DNA of 64,000 nt from a virus. Both the position numbers and the translations under genes were made by a program. Below are positions 19,884-26,765 of the stretch, in pieces. The DNA lies in IMG/VR virus record IMGVR_UViG_3300024259_000012; one strand, 5' to 3'. Position 1 is the stretch's first letter; the number at the start of each line of letters is the position of its first letter. Under the pieces are notes generated by a model. It worked only from the letters and a program-made list of their open reading frames with translations, was not told the DNA's origin and searched no databases.

Positions 19884-20489
19884 TTAGCTACGGTTAAAAA
19901 GGTCAATCAGACGACCGCCAAGCTCTTCCATCATATCATCCCCAGAAGGGGTGTCCTGCTCCAGAACGCCTTCAGTAGATATCTCCTGTTTGGGCGTCTC
20001 AAACCTCTCAAGCCTGTTGTGCTTATGTTTACGCTTGCGGGTTCATTCCATGAAGTAACAATTCAAACAAAGCATTTCCAAATTCTCGGCGGCGTAGTTC
20101 TTTTCGTCGTTGTCCTTGAAGGATAGCATAATAGGCATCTTGCCGTCGTGCTCTCTTGTCTCCTCATATCCACACGAATTACAACACATAGCTAACTTGC
20201 CCTCACGTAGCAATTTGAGGCCGAATTTGACGTGCTCAGGACGACCTGGGATGGCGGCACCGGTTCAGTGCGTCTTCCTTGTACGGGCTATTCCTGCTGA
20301 CGATTTATTCGGCGTTCAAATTTCGTATCTTATAGCGTATTTGCGAAACGTAACGTAGGCGACGCCAAGATACTCAGCCGCCTGTTTCATCGACTCAGTG
20401 TGCATAATGGCCTCTTGGCAGTCCTTAAATGGGATTGGTTTGTGTCGGTATGGGTCGTGACCCTTACTTCATTTAGATGTGTTTTCCAT
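19884..20489 (-). CDS. HTH plus HNH-like (Zn) protein of 201 aa with 4 in-frame TGA (Trp) codons; absent from ORF track
   Basis: AAAGGAG RBS; SMKQAAEYLGVAYVTFRKYA (HTH); CNSCGY...IMLSFKDND.KN...ENLEMLCLNC; TGA at 20469, 20316, 20265, 20043; no TGG in the gene. Confidence 0.8.
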
Positions 20490-20492
20490 AAT

Positions 20493-20600
20493 TAAAACTC
20501 TCCTTTGTTAAAACTCTACATAAAACTGGTGGGACGCCTACATAAAACTCTACCTATAACTCTGTAGTTTTAATTCCGGCGGAAAAGAGTTTTATGTTTG
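20493..20600. repeat. Second cluster of TAAAACT(C)/AGTTTTA repeats
   Basis: 6 copies plus 1 variant directly upstream of the HTH-HNH gene. Confidence 0.75.
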
Positions 20601-20723
20601 GGCAGGTGCCTTTCTTCATATATATAGGTATATATATTGTACCCTTATCTATACAATAAGTATCAGCGTACCAAGAAATGCCACTAAAGGCGTTCTATTG
20701 GCGTTCCATGGCGGCGTAATGAT

Positions 20724-20927
20724 TCACCAAGACTTGGGTTCCATTGGCAAATTGTTGACCTCCCCAATGGATACCGCTCGCTTCATCAATTCAGGACACC
20801 CCTCACACATATTATATAATTCATTCAATACAAGCCACTTATCTCCGGCTACTAAATGCAAGTTGCGGCGTCCATTCAATGTAACACAGTAGTTCTCGCC
20901 TTTTATAATTTTGTATTGTCGGTACAT
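20724..20927 (-). CDS. YKQY-family paralogue 27
   Basis: MYRQYK...CVTLNG. Confidence 0.75.
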   Translation of the reverse strand: MYRQYKIIKGENYCVTLNGRRNLHLVAGDKWLVLNELYNMCEGCPELMKRAVSIGEVNNLPMEPKSW

Positions 20928-21166
20928 TATGTGACTTGAATAAAAGCTCGGGCGTTCAGGCGTTCTTCAAAGTCCTTGACTGTTATCATTTCAAACGTCG
21001 GACCATAAATACAACCATCATTGGGCGCACGAAACCAAGCTACTTCATTGTTCATGTACAGCCGCTTGCCATTCATCCAGATGCATTTTTTATTTTTGCA
21101 CTTGGAGCATAATTGGTATTGTTTGTACCTTATAGTGCTTCGTAACGAAGATTGATTATTAAACAT
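20927..21166 (-). CDS. YKQY-family paralogue 26
   Basis: YKQYQLCSKC..CIWMNG. Confidence 0.75.
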   Translation of the reverse strand: MFNNQSSLRSTIRYKQYQLCSKCKNKKCIWMNGKRLYMNNEVAWFRAPNDGCIYGPTFEMITVKDFEERLNARAFIQVT

Positions 21167-21386
21167 CAAAATACTTTCCATACTCTTCAATAGTATGCTT
21201 TAGTGTCATTGGCTTAAACAGCTTATCAGGACATCGTGAATCATCAATTGACGTGTAAGGAAACTTGATAGTTCTTGCCGCCCAAATGTGTTGCATGACT
21301 ATTATTCCATTCTTGGTTATACAATATGACAGATGGCAGTTCTTGCATATATTGTATTGCTTATATTCTGATATTTTGTATCTCAT
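21159..21386 (-). CDS. YKQY-family paralogue 25
   Basis: YKQYNICKNC..CITKNG. Confidence 0.75.
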   Translation of the reverse strand: MRYKISEYKQYNICKNCHLSYCITKNGIIVMQHIWAARTIKFPYTSIDDSRCPDKLFKPMTLKHTIEEYGKYFDV

Positions 21387-21562
21387 AATACTGCCTTTAT
21401 TCTTACCGTTCTACAATCCGCTTCGGGTCTACAGTTGTCTGGCATATCTTTGTTAGTCGGCACAATATGTGTTAGATTATCAAAATACTCATATACTATG
21501 CCATTCAATGAAGTGCATGTAAACGACTCACACGAGCATACTCTGTATTGTCTATATGCCAT
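21383..21562 (-). CDS. YKQY-family paralogue 24 (59 aa, not in ORF track)
   Basis: MAYRQYRVCSCESFTCTSLNG. Confidence 0.75.
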   Translation of the reverse strand: MAYRQYRVCSCESFTCTSLNGIVYEYFDNLTHIVPTNKDMPDNCRPEADCRTVRIKAVL

Positions 21563-21754
21563 GCTTCACTTCCTTTACATTCACAAATTCAAATTCAGCG
21601 TCCTTGCATTCTGTTTCGGGGTCATCCTCAACTACTGACATTTCATCTCGCTCTTGAGACCACCATGCGTATCTTGTACCATTCAATGAGTAGCAAAAGT
21701 AATTACGACATTTCGTACAACGTCTATACTGTTATATGATGCGGCCAAGTCCAT
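21552..21754 (-). pseudogene. YKQY-family paralogue 23 with a 1-nt deletion in the K codon
   Basis: MDLAASY(K)QYRRCTKCRNYFCYSLNG; sequence reads TATAACAG instead of TATAAACAG. Confidence 0.65.
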
Positions 21755-21941
21755 CTCTCACTTCCGGTACTTCGTTTATTTTTATTAGTATCCTATCCGA
21801 TTTTGTATCACTACAATCTTGAGCCGCTACTGAAACTAACCACGTTTGGTCGGGTCGCATCAATGCTATCCGGACGCCATTCAAAACTATACAGCCTCGT
21901 GACCATTGGCACATACATTTATGATACTGCTTATACTTCAC
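21732..21941 (-). CDS. YKQY-family paralogue 22
   Basis: YKQYHKCMC..CIVLNG. Confidence 0.75.
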   Translation of the reverse strand: MKYKQYHKCMCQWSRGCIVLNGVRIALMRPDQTWLVSVAAQDCSDTKSDRILIKINEVPEVRDGLGRII

Positions 21942-22122
21942 GATAATCTATTTCCTTACGAGTCATCGGGCGTTTCTCACGTTCTGCGAGTGGCGCACTA
22001 CATACGCCCTCATCCTCATAAGTAAACAGTCCCAATTTAGATAACCTTGAATATACGTTGCCATTCAATATCCAACAGATACTGTACTTGCATTCGCAAT
22101 GAGTGTGTTGCTTGTATTGCAT
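21931..22122 (-). CDS. YKQY-family paralogue 21
   Basis: MQYKQHTHCEC..CWILNG. Confidence 0.75.
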   Translation of the reverse strand: MQYKQHTHCECKYSICWILNGNVYSRLSKLGLFTYEDEGVCSAPLAEREKRPMTRKEIDYREV

Positions 22123-22319
22123 TAACATACGCACGGCCATTCGAAGCAAGTCCAACACGGCATTCTATCTTCTGCCTGTTGTATTGATACATGTTGGGGC
22201 ACCCTCACTATACACCTCCGGCAATGCTCTTCATAATTTTCAGTGAAATGCTGTTGTCCATTCTTCATGAGCAGAACAGCCGCCGAGCATTCACACATCT
22301 TGTATTGCTTATAGTTCAT
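22122..22319 (-). CDS. YKQY-family paralogue 20
   Basis: MNYKQYKMCEC...KNG. Confidence 0.75.
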   Translation of the reverse strand: MNYKQYKMCECSAAVLLMKNGQQHFTENYEEHCRRCIVRVPQHVSIQQAEDRMPCWTCFEWPCVC

Positions 22320-22506
22320 ATGGTAATTTACTTATTATCAATTTGGCAAATTTGTGATTGACCGTGCATAGGATATAATCTAAGTCGCATGTTGGCGTAG
22401 CATATAGCCATTGGCCAAGAGCAAACATTGCGTATCTATTATCATTTAAAAATAAACAGCCCTTCTTATCACATTCATTACACAGTTTATATTGTTTGTA
22501 TTGCAT
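22309..22506 (-). CDS. YKQY-family paralogue 19
   Basis: MQYKQYKLCNEC..CLFLND. Confidence 0.75.
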   Translation of the reverse strand: MQYKQYKLCNECDKKGCLFLNDNRYAMFALGQWLYATPTCDLDYILCTVNHKFAKLIISKLPYEL

Positions 22507-22675
22507 TTGCTTCCTTAATCGTTATAGGCTTTCCATTCATATCAGGGCACGCCCGCAATTCATTAAGAATCTTACGCCATCTCCGTTTGTGCCTAAATGC
22601 ATATCGTTCTCCATTAAGCAGAATGCATTCACCCAAGCGACAATCACAATCTTTGAATTGTTTATACTGTCCCAA
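22487..22675 (-). CDS. YKQY-family paralogue 18
   Basis: QYKQFKDCDC..CILLNG..ITIKE. Confidence 0.75.
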   Translation of the reverse strand: MGQYKQFKDCDCRLGECILLNGERYAFRHKRRWRKILNELRACPDMNGKPITIKEANAIQTI

Positions 22676-22850
22676 TTCGAGTTACCTTCCAGTTGGCCTT
22701 CTTACACTTGTTATCATAATTCTTTTCATCCCAATTATTAAAATATGTCATAAATCCAAGTTTGGCGTTCTGTGCTTGTAGGACACCATTCAGTGATAAA
22801 CATAAATACTTCTTGCATTCACAGCGACGCCATTGTTTATACTCATTCAT
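22662..22850 (-). CDS. YKQY-family paralogue 17
   Basis: MNEYKQWRRCEC..CLSLNG. Confidence 0.75.
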   Translation of the reverse strand: MNEYKQWRRCECKKYLCLSLNGVLQAQNAKLGFMTYFNNWDEKNYDNKCKKANWKVTRIGTV

Positions 22851-23058
22851 AATTACTCTTGTGAACATCCGTCACTCTTTGCAATTCCCAATCAGCTTTT
22901 CGACAGTCATCATTGACTTTTACTGTGGATATTGTTGGCATGGGATATTGGTCTTTATCCACCCTTTCATATCGGACGCCATTCAGCGACGAACATATAA
23001 AACGTTTACACGCATCACATTGCCTGAGTTGCTTGTATTCTATATTACATTGTCTCAC
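22843..23058 (-). CDS. YKQY-family paralogue 16
   Basis: EYKQLRQCDAC..CSSLNG. Confidence 0.75.
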   Translation of the reverse strand: MRQCNIEYKQLRQCDACKRFICSSLNGVRYERVDKDQYPMPTISTVKVNDDCRKADWELQRVTDVHKSNYE

Positions 23059-23258
23059 TTTTCGCCCTTCCATTTAAGCAAGTCGTCAGCCGCTGAGATT
23101 GACATAACATCCCCGCTTTTAAAGCAAGTTGGATATGGAAGTGTTACGTTTTCCAATATAACATCCGCTTCCTTTGATTCAAAGTATATTCTCCGACCAT
23201 TTAATGATATGCAGTGACCCCCGATGCAATCACAAGTATTATATTGTTTATACTTCAT
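23055..23258 (-). CDS. YKQY-family paralogue 15
   Basis: MKYKQYNTCDC..CISLNG. Confidence 0.75.
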   Translation of the reverse strand: MKYKQYNTCDCIGGHCISLNGRRIYFESKEADVILENVTLPYPTCFKSGDVMSISAADDLLKWKGEK

Positions 23259-23448
23259 GCTTCAGTTGTCCATTCACATGCTTGATTGATATTTGCTGTT
23301 GATTCATCTTATCACTCCCGCAATTATCTTGAGCATGATACCACGCTTGTATCCGCTTGCGCTGAAAATATTGGCGTTCTCCATTCAGAGTGAGACATTT
23401 ATAGTCCTCGCATTCACTGCATATTTGATATTGCTTATACTGAGTCAT
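23248..23448 (-). CDS. YKQY-family paralogue 14
   Basis: MTQYKQYQICSEC..CLTLNG. Confidence 0.75.
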   Translation of the reverse strand: MTQYKQYQICSECEDYKCLTLNGERQYFQRKRIQAWYHAQDNCGSDKMNQQQISIKHVNGQLKHEV

Positions 23449-23657
23449 ATCCGCTTCGATATGTAAAGTGCCTTGATGACCCAAATGGCAGTTGGCGTGT
23501 GCGTCTTCCCGTTGCACCACTCGTGAGGTTCACTCACTTCTCCTGGGTGCCCCTCTTTTAATTCAGTCCAGTGGTCTTTATATATCATTCGTCGGCGACC
23601 ATTTAAAAAGACGCACCGGCGGTCATCACACATGCAGTATTTATATTGCTTATACAT
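23445..23657 (-). CDS. YKQY-family paralogue 13
   Basis: MYKQYKYCMC..CVFLNG. Confidence 0.75.
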   Translation of the reverse strand: MYKQYKYCMCDDRRCVFLNGRRRMIYKDHWTELKEGHPGEVSEPHEWCNGKTHTPTAIWVIKALYISKRI

Positions 23658-23805
23658 TCTTGCCTTCCTTAATCGTGATGGCTTTGTATATCCCAGACAT
23701 GCAATTTGGCGTTCTATCAGGTGTTGACCGAATAAGCCGCCCGTTTAGCATAAGGCATTCACATCCGCATTTTGTGCATAATCGGTATTGTTTATATTGG
23801 GTCAA
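23650..23805 (-). CDS. YKQY-family paralogue 12 (51 aa, TTG start, not in ORF track)
   Basis: TQYKQYRLCTKCGCECLMLNG..ITIKE. Confidence 0.75.
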   Translation of the reverse strand: MTQYKQYRLCTKCGCECLMLNGRLIRSTPDRTPNCMSGIYKAITIKEGKNV

Positions 23806-23977
23806 AACTGTATATCTCTTTTAATAATTTGTAAGCTTCTCGTATTGTCATTTGTCGGGTCAGTCCGCCGCCTTGGCACTTCCGGAAGGAGTTATCAGTG
23901 CTGACCAATTTTCCATTTTTGCTTATGCATAGGGCACCCGAACATTTACATAATTTGTATTGCTTATAGTCGGTCAT
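23792..23977 (-). CDS. YKQY-family paralogue 11
   Basis: MTDYKQYKLCKC..CISKNG. Confidence 0.75.
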   Translation of the reverse strand: MTDYKQYKLCKCSGALCISKNGKLVSTDNSFRKCQGGGLTRQMTIREAYKLLKEIYSFDPI

Positions 23978-24140
23978 ACGTTTCCTTTATATTCTTTGCC
24001 CGCTTAATCGTTATATGTTTGAAGTCCGCCTTTTGGCATAACGAGCAGGCTATTTTTGATTCTATGACCAATTTTTTGCCATTCCGAATAAGGAATAGGC
24101 TTCTCTCACACGTACATAATCTACATTGTTTATATGCCAC
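23964..24140 (-). CDS. YKQY-family paralogue 10 (58 aa, GTG start, not in ORF track)
   Basis: AYKQCRLCTC...IRNG..ITIKR. Confidence 0.7.
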   Translation of the reverse strand: MAYKQCRLCTCERSLFLIRNGKKLVIESKIACSLCQKADFKHITIKRAKNIKETYDRL

Positions 24141-24321
24141 GGGTCAATTCCTTCACTCGCTTAATTGGCACCGAGGCGTACTTGGTCTCCCCGCTACACT
24201 CATCATCTGTTGGTGCAGTTGTTTGCCACTTATCCCATTTTCTATATACCCGCTGACCATTTAATTGAATGCATTTCCACGTTTTACATTTCGTGCATAA
24301 TGTATATTGTTTATAGTTCAT
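24130..24321 (-). CDS. YKQY-family paralogue 9
   Basis: MNYKQYTLCTKC..CIQLNG. Confidence 0.75.
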   Translation of the reverse strand: MNYKQYTLCTKCKTWKCIQLNGQRVYRKWDKWQTTAPTDDECSGETKYASVPIKRVKELTRGI

Positions 24322-24523
24322 TTTCAGCTTCCCATACTGTGGCGTCCCACAGTTTTGTTACTATTGGCTTATCATTTGGTCGCATTTTACATATTCGCAG
24401 TGCGCCCTCATGACCATCATTCCGCAAATATCTACTTGGTAAATAATTCATCCGTATTTCCCCATTTAGGAATATACACGAATAGCCCAAGCAGGTGCAT
24501 ATTTTATATTGCTTATACTTCAT
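24311..24523 (-). CDS. YKQY-family paralogue 8
   Basis: MKYKQYKICTC..CIFLNG. Confidence 0.75.
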   Translation of the reverse strand: MKYKQYKICTCLGYSCIFLNGEIRMNYLPSRYLRNDGHEGALRICKMRPNDKPIVTKLWDATVWEAENEL

Positions 24524-24738
24524 CCGAATATCTTACCCAGTAAATGGTGGTCTCGCACTTCCTTGATTGCTACGGGTTGTAGATTCTCAGGGTCTACGCA
24601 TTGTTCTGATTCGTCATCATATAGCTTTGGTGAAGTAATATTCGTGACATGGCTTATTCGAATGCCATTCAGATATACGCAATCTACGATGACGACGCCC
24701 AAGGCGCATTTGCATTTGTGGTATTGTCTATAACTCAC
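24520..24738 (-). CDS. YKQY-family paralogue 7
   Basis: SYRQYHKCKC..CVYLNG. Confidence 0.75.
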   Translation of the reverse strand: MSYRQYHKCKCALGVVIVDCVYLNGIRISHVTNITSPKLYDDESEQCVDPENLQPVAIKEVRDHHLLGKIFG

Positions 24739-24934
24739 GGACTTCCCCTATTGATATTGAGACTAAGCTTATGTCCCGTTCGCAATGATAATCTTGTATT
24801 CCATCTTTGGTCGTCCACCATTGATTATCTTCTTTGTAATAGGCTACCTTACCATTTAGGAATACGCACTCTTGCGATGGCCATTGAGGCTTATCGTTGC
24901 ACCCTTTACATATCCGATATTGTCGGTAGGTCAT
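24728..24934 (-). CDS. YKQY-family paralogue 6
   Basis: MTYRQYRICKGC..CVFLNG. Confidence 0.75.
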   Translation of the reverse strand: MTYRQYRICKGCNDKPQWPSQECVFLNGKVAYYKEDNQWWTTKDGIQDYHCERDISLVSISIGEVREL

Positions 24935-25003
24935 GCTGTTATTCTGTCCATTTTTAAATGGACAGACTTTGTGTGCTTATACCTCACTTGGGAAGTTCCG
25001 CCT

Positions 25004-25231
25004 TTAGGCGAGTGTTCCATTTGGTAGGGGTGTAGCGGTGAATTCATACATTTCCTTTATTGTAATGTGTACCCATTTTTTGGGCTTGGTGCAATTCTCT
25101 GCGTAGTGCTTGAATGCTGTTCCGGTTCCCATATATTCGTTGTCGCCATTCTTTATATAACCGGCTGTTCCGTTTTTCGTTAAGCACTCGTTCCCGCATT
25201 CCATGCATAGTTTATATTGCTTGTAATTCAT
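25004..25231 (-). CDS. YKQY-family paralogue 5
   Basis: MNYKQYKLCMEC..CLTKNG..ITIKE. Confidence 0.75.
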   Translation of the reverse strand: MNYKQYKLCMECGNECLTKNGTAGYIKNGDNEYMGTGTAFKHYAENCTKPKKWVHITIKEMYEFTATPLPNGTLA

Positions 25232-25436
25232 GTATCAACCTCCGAATTTCTATTTCGTCTCGGGTTGTTCTGAATTTGAAGTTACTGAAATTGTTTGGAC
25301 ACGCCTCTTCATTATTGGATGGCATCCATGACCGGCATCGCTCAATAACCTGTATTGCCATGTGCCCGTTGAGACTGATGCACTCCACATTTATGCAGTT
25401 TGTGCATATCCTGTATTGTTTATATTTTGCTAACAA
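25212..25436 (-). CDS. YKQY-family paralogue 4 (TTG start)
   Basis: KYKQYRICTNC..CISLNG; GGAG RBS. Confidence 0.75.
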   Translation of the reverse strand: MLAKYKQYRICTNCINVECISLNGHMAIQVIERCRSWMPSNNEEACPNNFSNFKFRTTRDEIEIRRLIHELQAI

Positions 25437-25626
25437 AATTATACTCCACCGTCTCGTGTCCATCATATAACGTTTTGAAGTTCTCTCTTAGCGGGCAGGT
25501 AGATTCTTCTAATTCCCCACGAACTCCCATAATCATATCATTACCATAGCGTGTAGTTATCCGACCGTTCACACTCTTGCATATCCAATCTTTACAATAG
25601 CACTGTCTGCGTTGCTTGTATTGCAT
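25420..25626 (-). CDS. YKQY-family paralogue 3
   Basis: MQYKQRRQCYC..CKSVNG. Confidence 0.75.
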   Translation of the reverse strand: MQYKQRRQCYCKDWICKSVNGRITTRYGNDMIMGVRGELEESTCPLRENFKTLYDGHETVEYNFVSKI

Positions 25627-25847
25627 TAGCTCGTTATTCGTATCCATTTTATCAAATCCTCTGACTCTTGAATGGATAGAGAATTTGGATGGCATGTCCA
25701 TGGTGCGTCGCATTGGGATTCAAGTAGGTGCCAATCAAGGCCGTGGTCACCCATTACCTCTTTTTTCTTTCTGGCTATCCGAATTCCATTAAGAAACATG
25801 CATTCGTACCCGATGCAGATGTGCCCGTTGTATTGTTTATAACTCAT
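25626..25847 (-). CDS. YKQY-family paralogue 2
   Basis: MSYKQYNGHIC..CMFLNG. Confidence 0.75.
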   Translation of the reverse strand: MSYKQYNGHICIGYECMFLNGIRIARKKKEVMGDHGLDWHLLESQCDAPWTCHPNSLSIQESEDLIKWIRITS

Positions 25848-26035
25848 GGGAACCCAAGCTCCTTCACCTCTTTAATAGTTTTGCGGTTGGATTGTTCACA
25901 GCACATGAGTTTGCACCCCAGTGCCGGACTGACCCATGCGACATCATTAACATCCTTGAAATATTTTACCTTACCATTTTCTATAAGGCACATACCCACG
26001 TAGCAACCGCCTAATCTGTATTGTTTATATTTCAT
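25844..26035 (-). CDS. YKQY-family paralogue 1
   Basis: MKYKQYRLGGC..CLIENG..KTIKE; apparent leaderless start just behind TTGCGG...TATATT. Confidence 0.75.
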   Translation of the reverse strand: MKYKQYRLGGCYVGMCLIENGKVKYFKDVNDVAWVSPALGCKLMCCEQSNRKTIKEVKELGFP

Positions 26036-26096
26036 CGTCTATAATATATTATTATTATGCCAGTCCGCAAGGATTATTTTTAATTGAAGAAAAGAC

Positions 26097-26143
26097 TTGA
26101 CTCAAGTGCAGTGTATCACTATATTAAGGCATGAGAAAAGGAG
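26097..26143 (+). promoter_or_regulatory. Early promoter element copy
   Basis: TTGACT-17 nt-TATATT-AAGGCATGAGAAAAGGAG. Confidence 0.7.
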
Positions 26144-26148
26144 AACAC

Positions 26149-26496
26149 ATGAACTTTGAGAGAGAAAACTTCCGTATTGATGGAATGTATGTGAGCTATG
26201 ACAAGTCAGGAAATGCTAAGACTTGGGGAGACTTCACCTTCGTAGCACGCTTCAAGTATCGTGGCCGAGACAAGGGTAGCTTCATCACCTTTCTGATTAA
26301 GAATTTCACAGTAGAAGAATACTTTGGTCGCATTGACTCTGGGGAATCACCTGGAGAGATTTTAAAGTCAAAGGGTTATGTCGCCGCCAGTATCAAACGT
26401 GATTTGAAGCGGGCAGGATATGCTCCAACGCTTGAAGGATACGACGCTTACATTAAAGCTCAAGTTGAAAAATACCAAGCAAGGACAGCATCATGA
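26149..26496 (+). CDS. Conserved phage early protein
   Basis: FVARFKY...FITFLIKNFTVEEYF; TGA stop in ATGA overlap. Confidence 0.7.
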   Translation: MNFERENFRIDGMYVSYDKSGNAKTWGDFTFVARFKYRGRDKGSFITFLIKNFTVEEYFGRIDSGESPGEILKSKGYVAASIKRDLKRAGYAPTLEGYDAYIKAQVEKYQARTAS

Positions 26497-26707
26497 GTGG
26501 AATGACTCCCAAAAAGCTAAGGGAAATTGTTGAAATAACTGATTTACTTCCCGACCCCACCAAAGCTGATACTTGGTTCCTTGCCCGTGATGATGGCACA
26601 ATTCATGAGGACAACTCCACGCTTAAAGATTTAATGTTCAAACAGCATCAGGCTGAAGTCCAACTTGAAGCGGTCAAACAAAAGATTCGAAGGTTGATAG
26701 AAATCGC

Positions 26708-26757
26708 TTGACATAGGATGCGTGTGCTATTAACTTAGTAGCGTATGAGAAAAGGAG
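26708..26757 (+). promoter_or_regulatory. Early promoter element copy
   Basis: TTGACA-17 nt-TAACTT-AGTAGCGTATGAGAAAAGGAG. Confidence 0.8.
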
Positions 26758-26765
26758 ACTCAAAC

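Larger units (their letters stand above)
20724..26035 (-). repeat. Tandem array of 27 small Cys-rich paralogues (YKQY family)
   Basis: Each unit is Y-[KR]-Q-Y-x2-C-x1-2-C-x2-10-C-x3-N-G ... often (I/M)TIKE; ~200 bp period; genes overlap or abut. Confidence 0.9.

Noticed and set aside
19872-20358. Plus-strand ORFs 19872-20126 and 20110-20358
   Set aside because: They are shadows of the TGA-containing HTH-HNH gene on the minus strand.
17350-21000. Cluster of GRCGYC restriction sites as decoys
   Set aside because: GGCGCC and GACGTC are not enriched while GGCGTT is, so the motif is asymmetric.
20724-26035. CRISPR array or integron cassette array
   Set aside because: The repeat is a degenerate ~12-nt coding motif with synonymous variation. 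Units are homologous ORFs, with no attC-like palindromes and no cas or integrase gene nearby.
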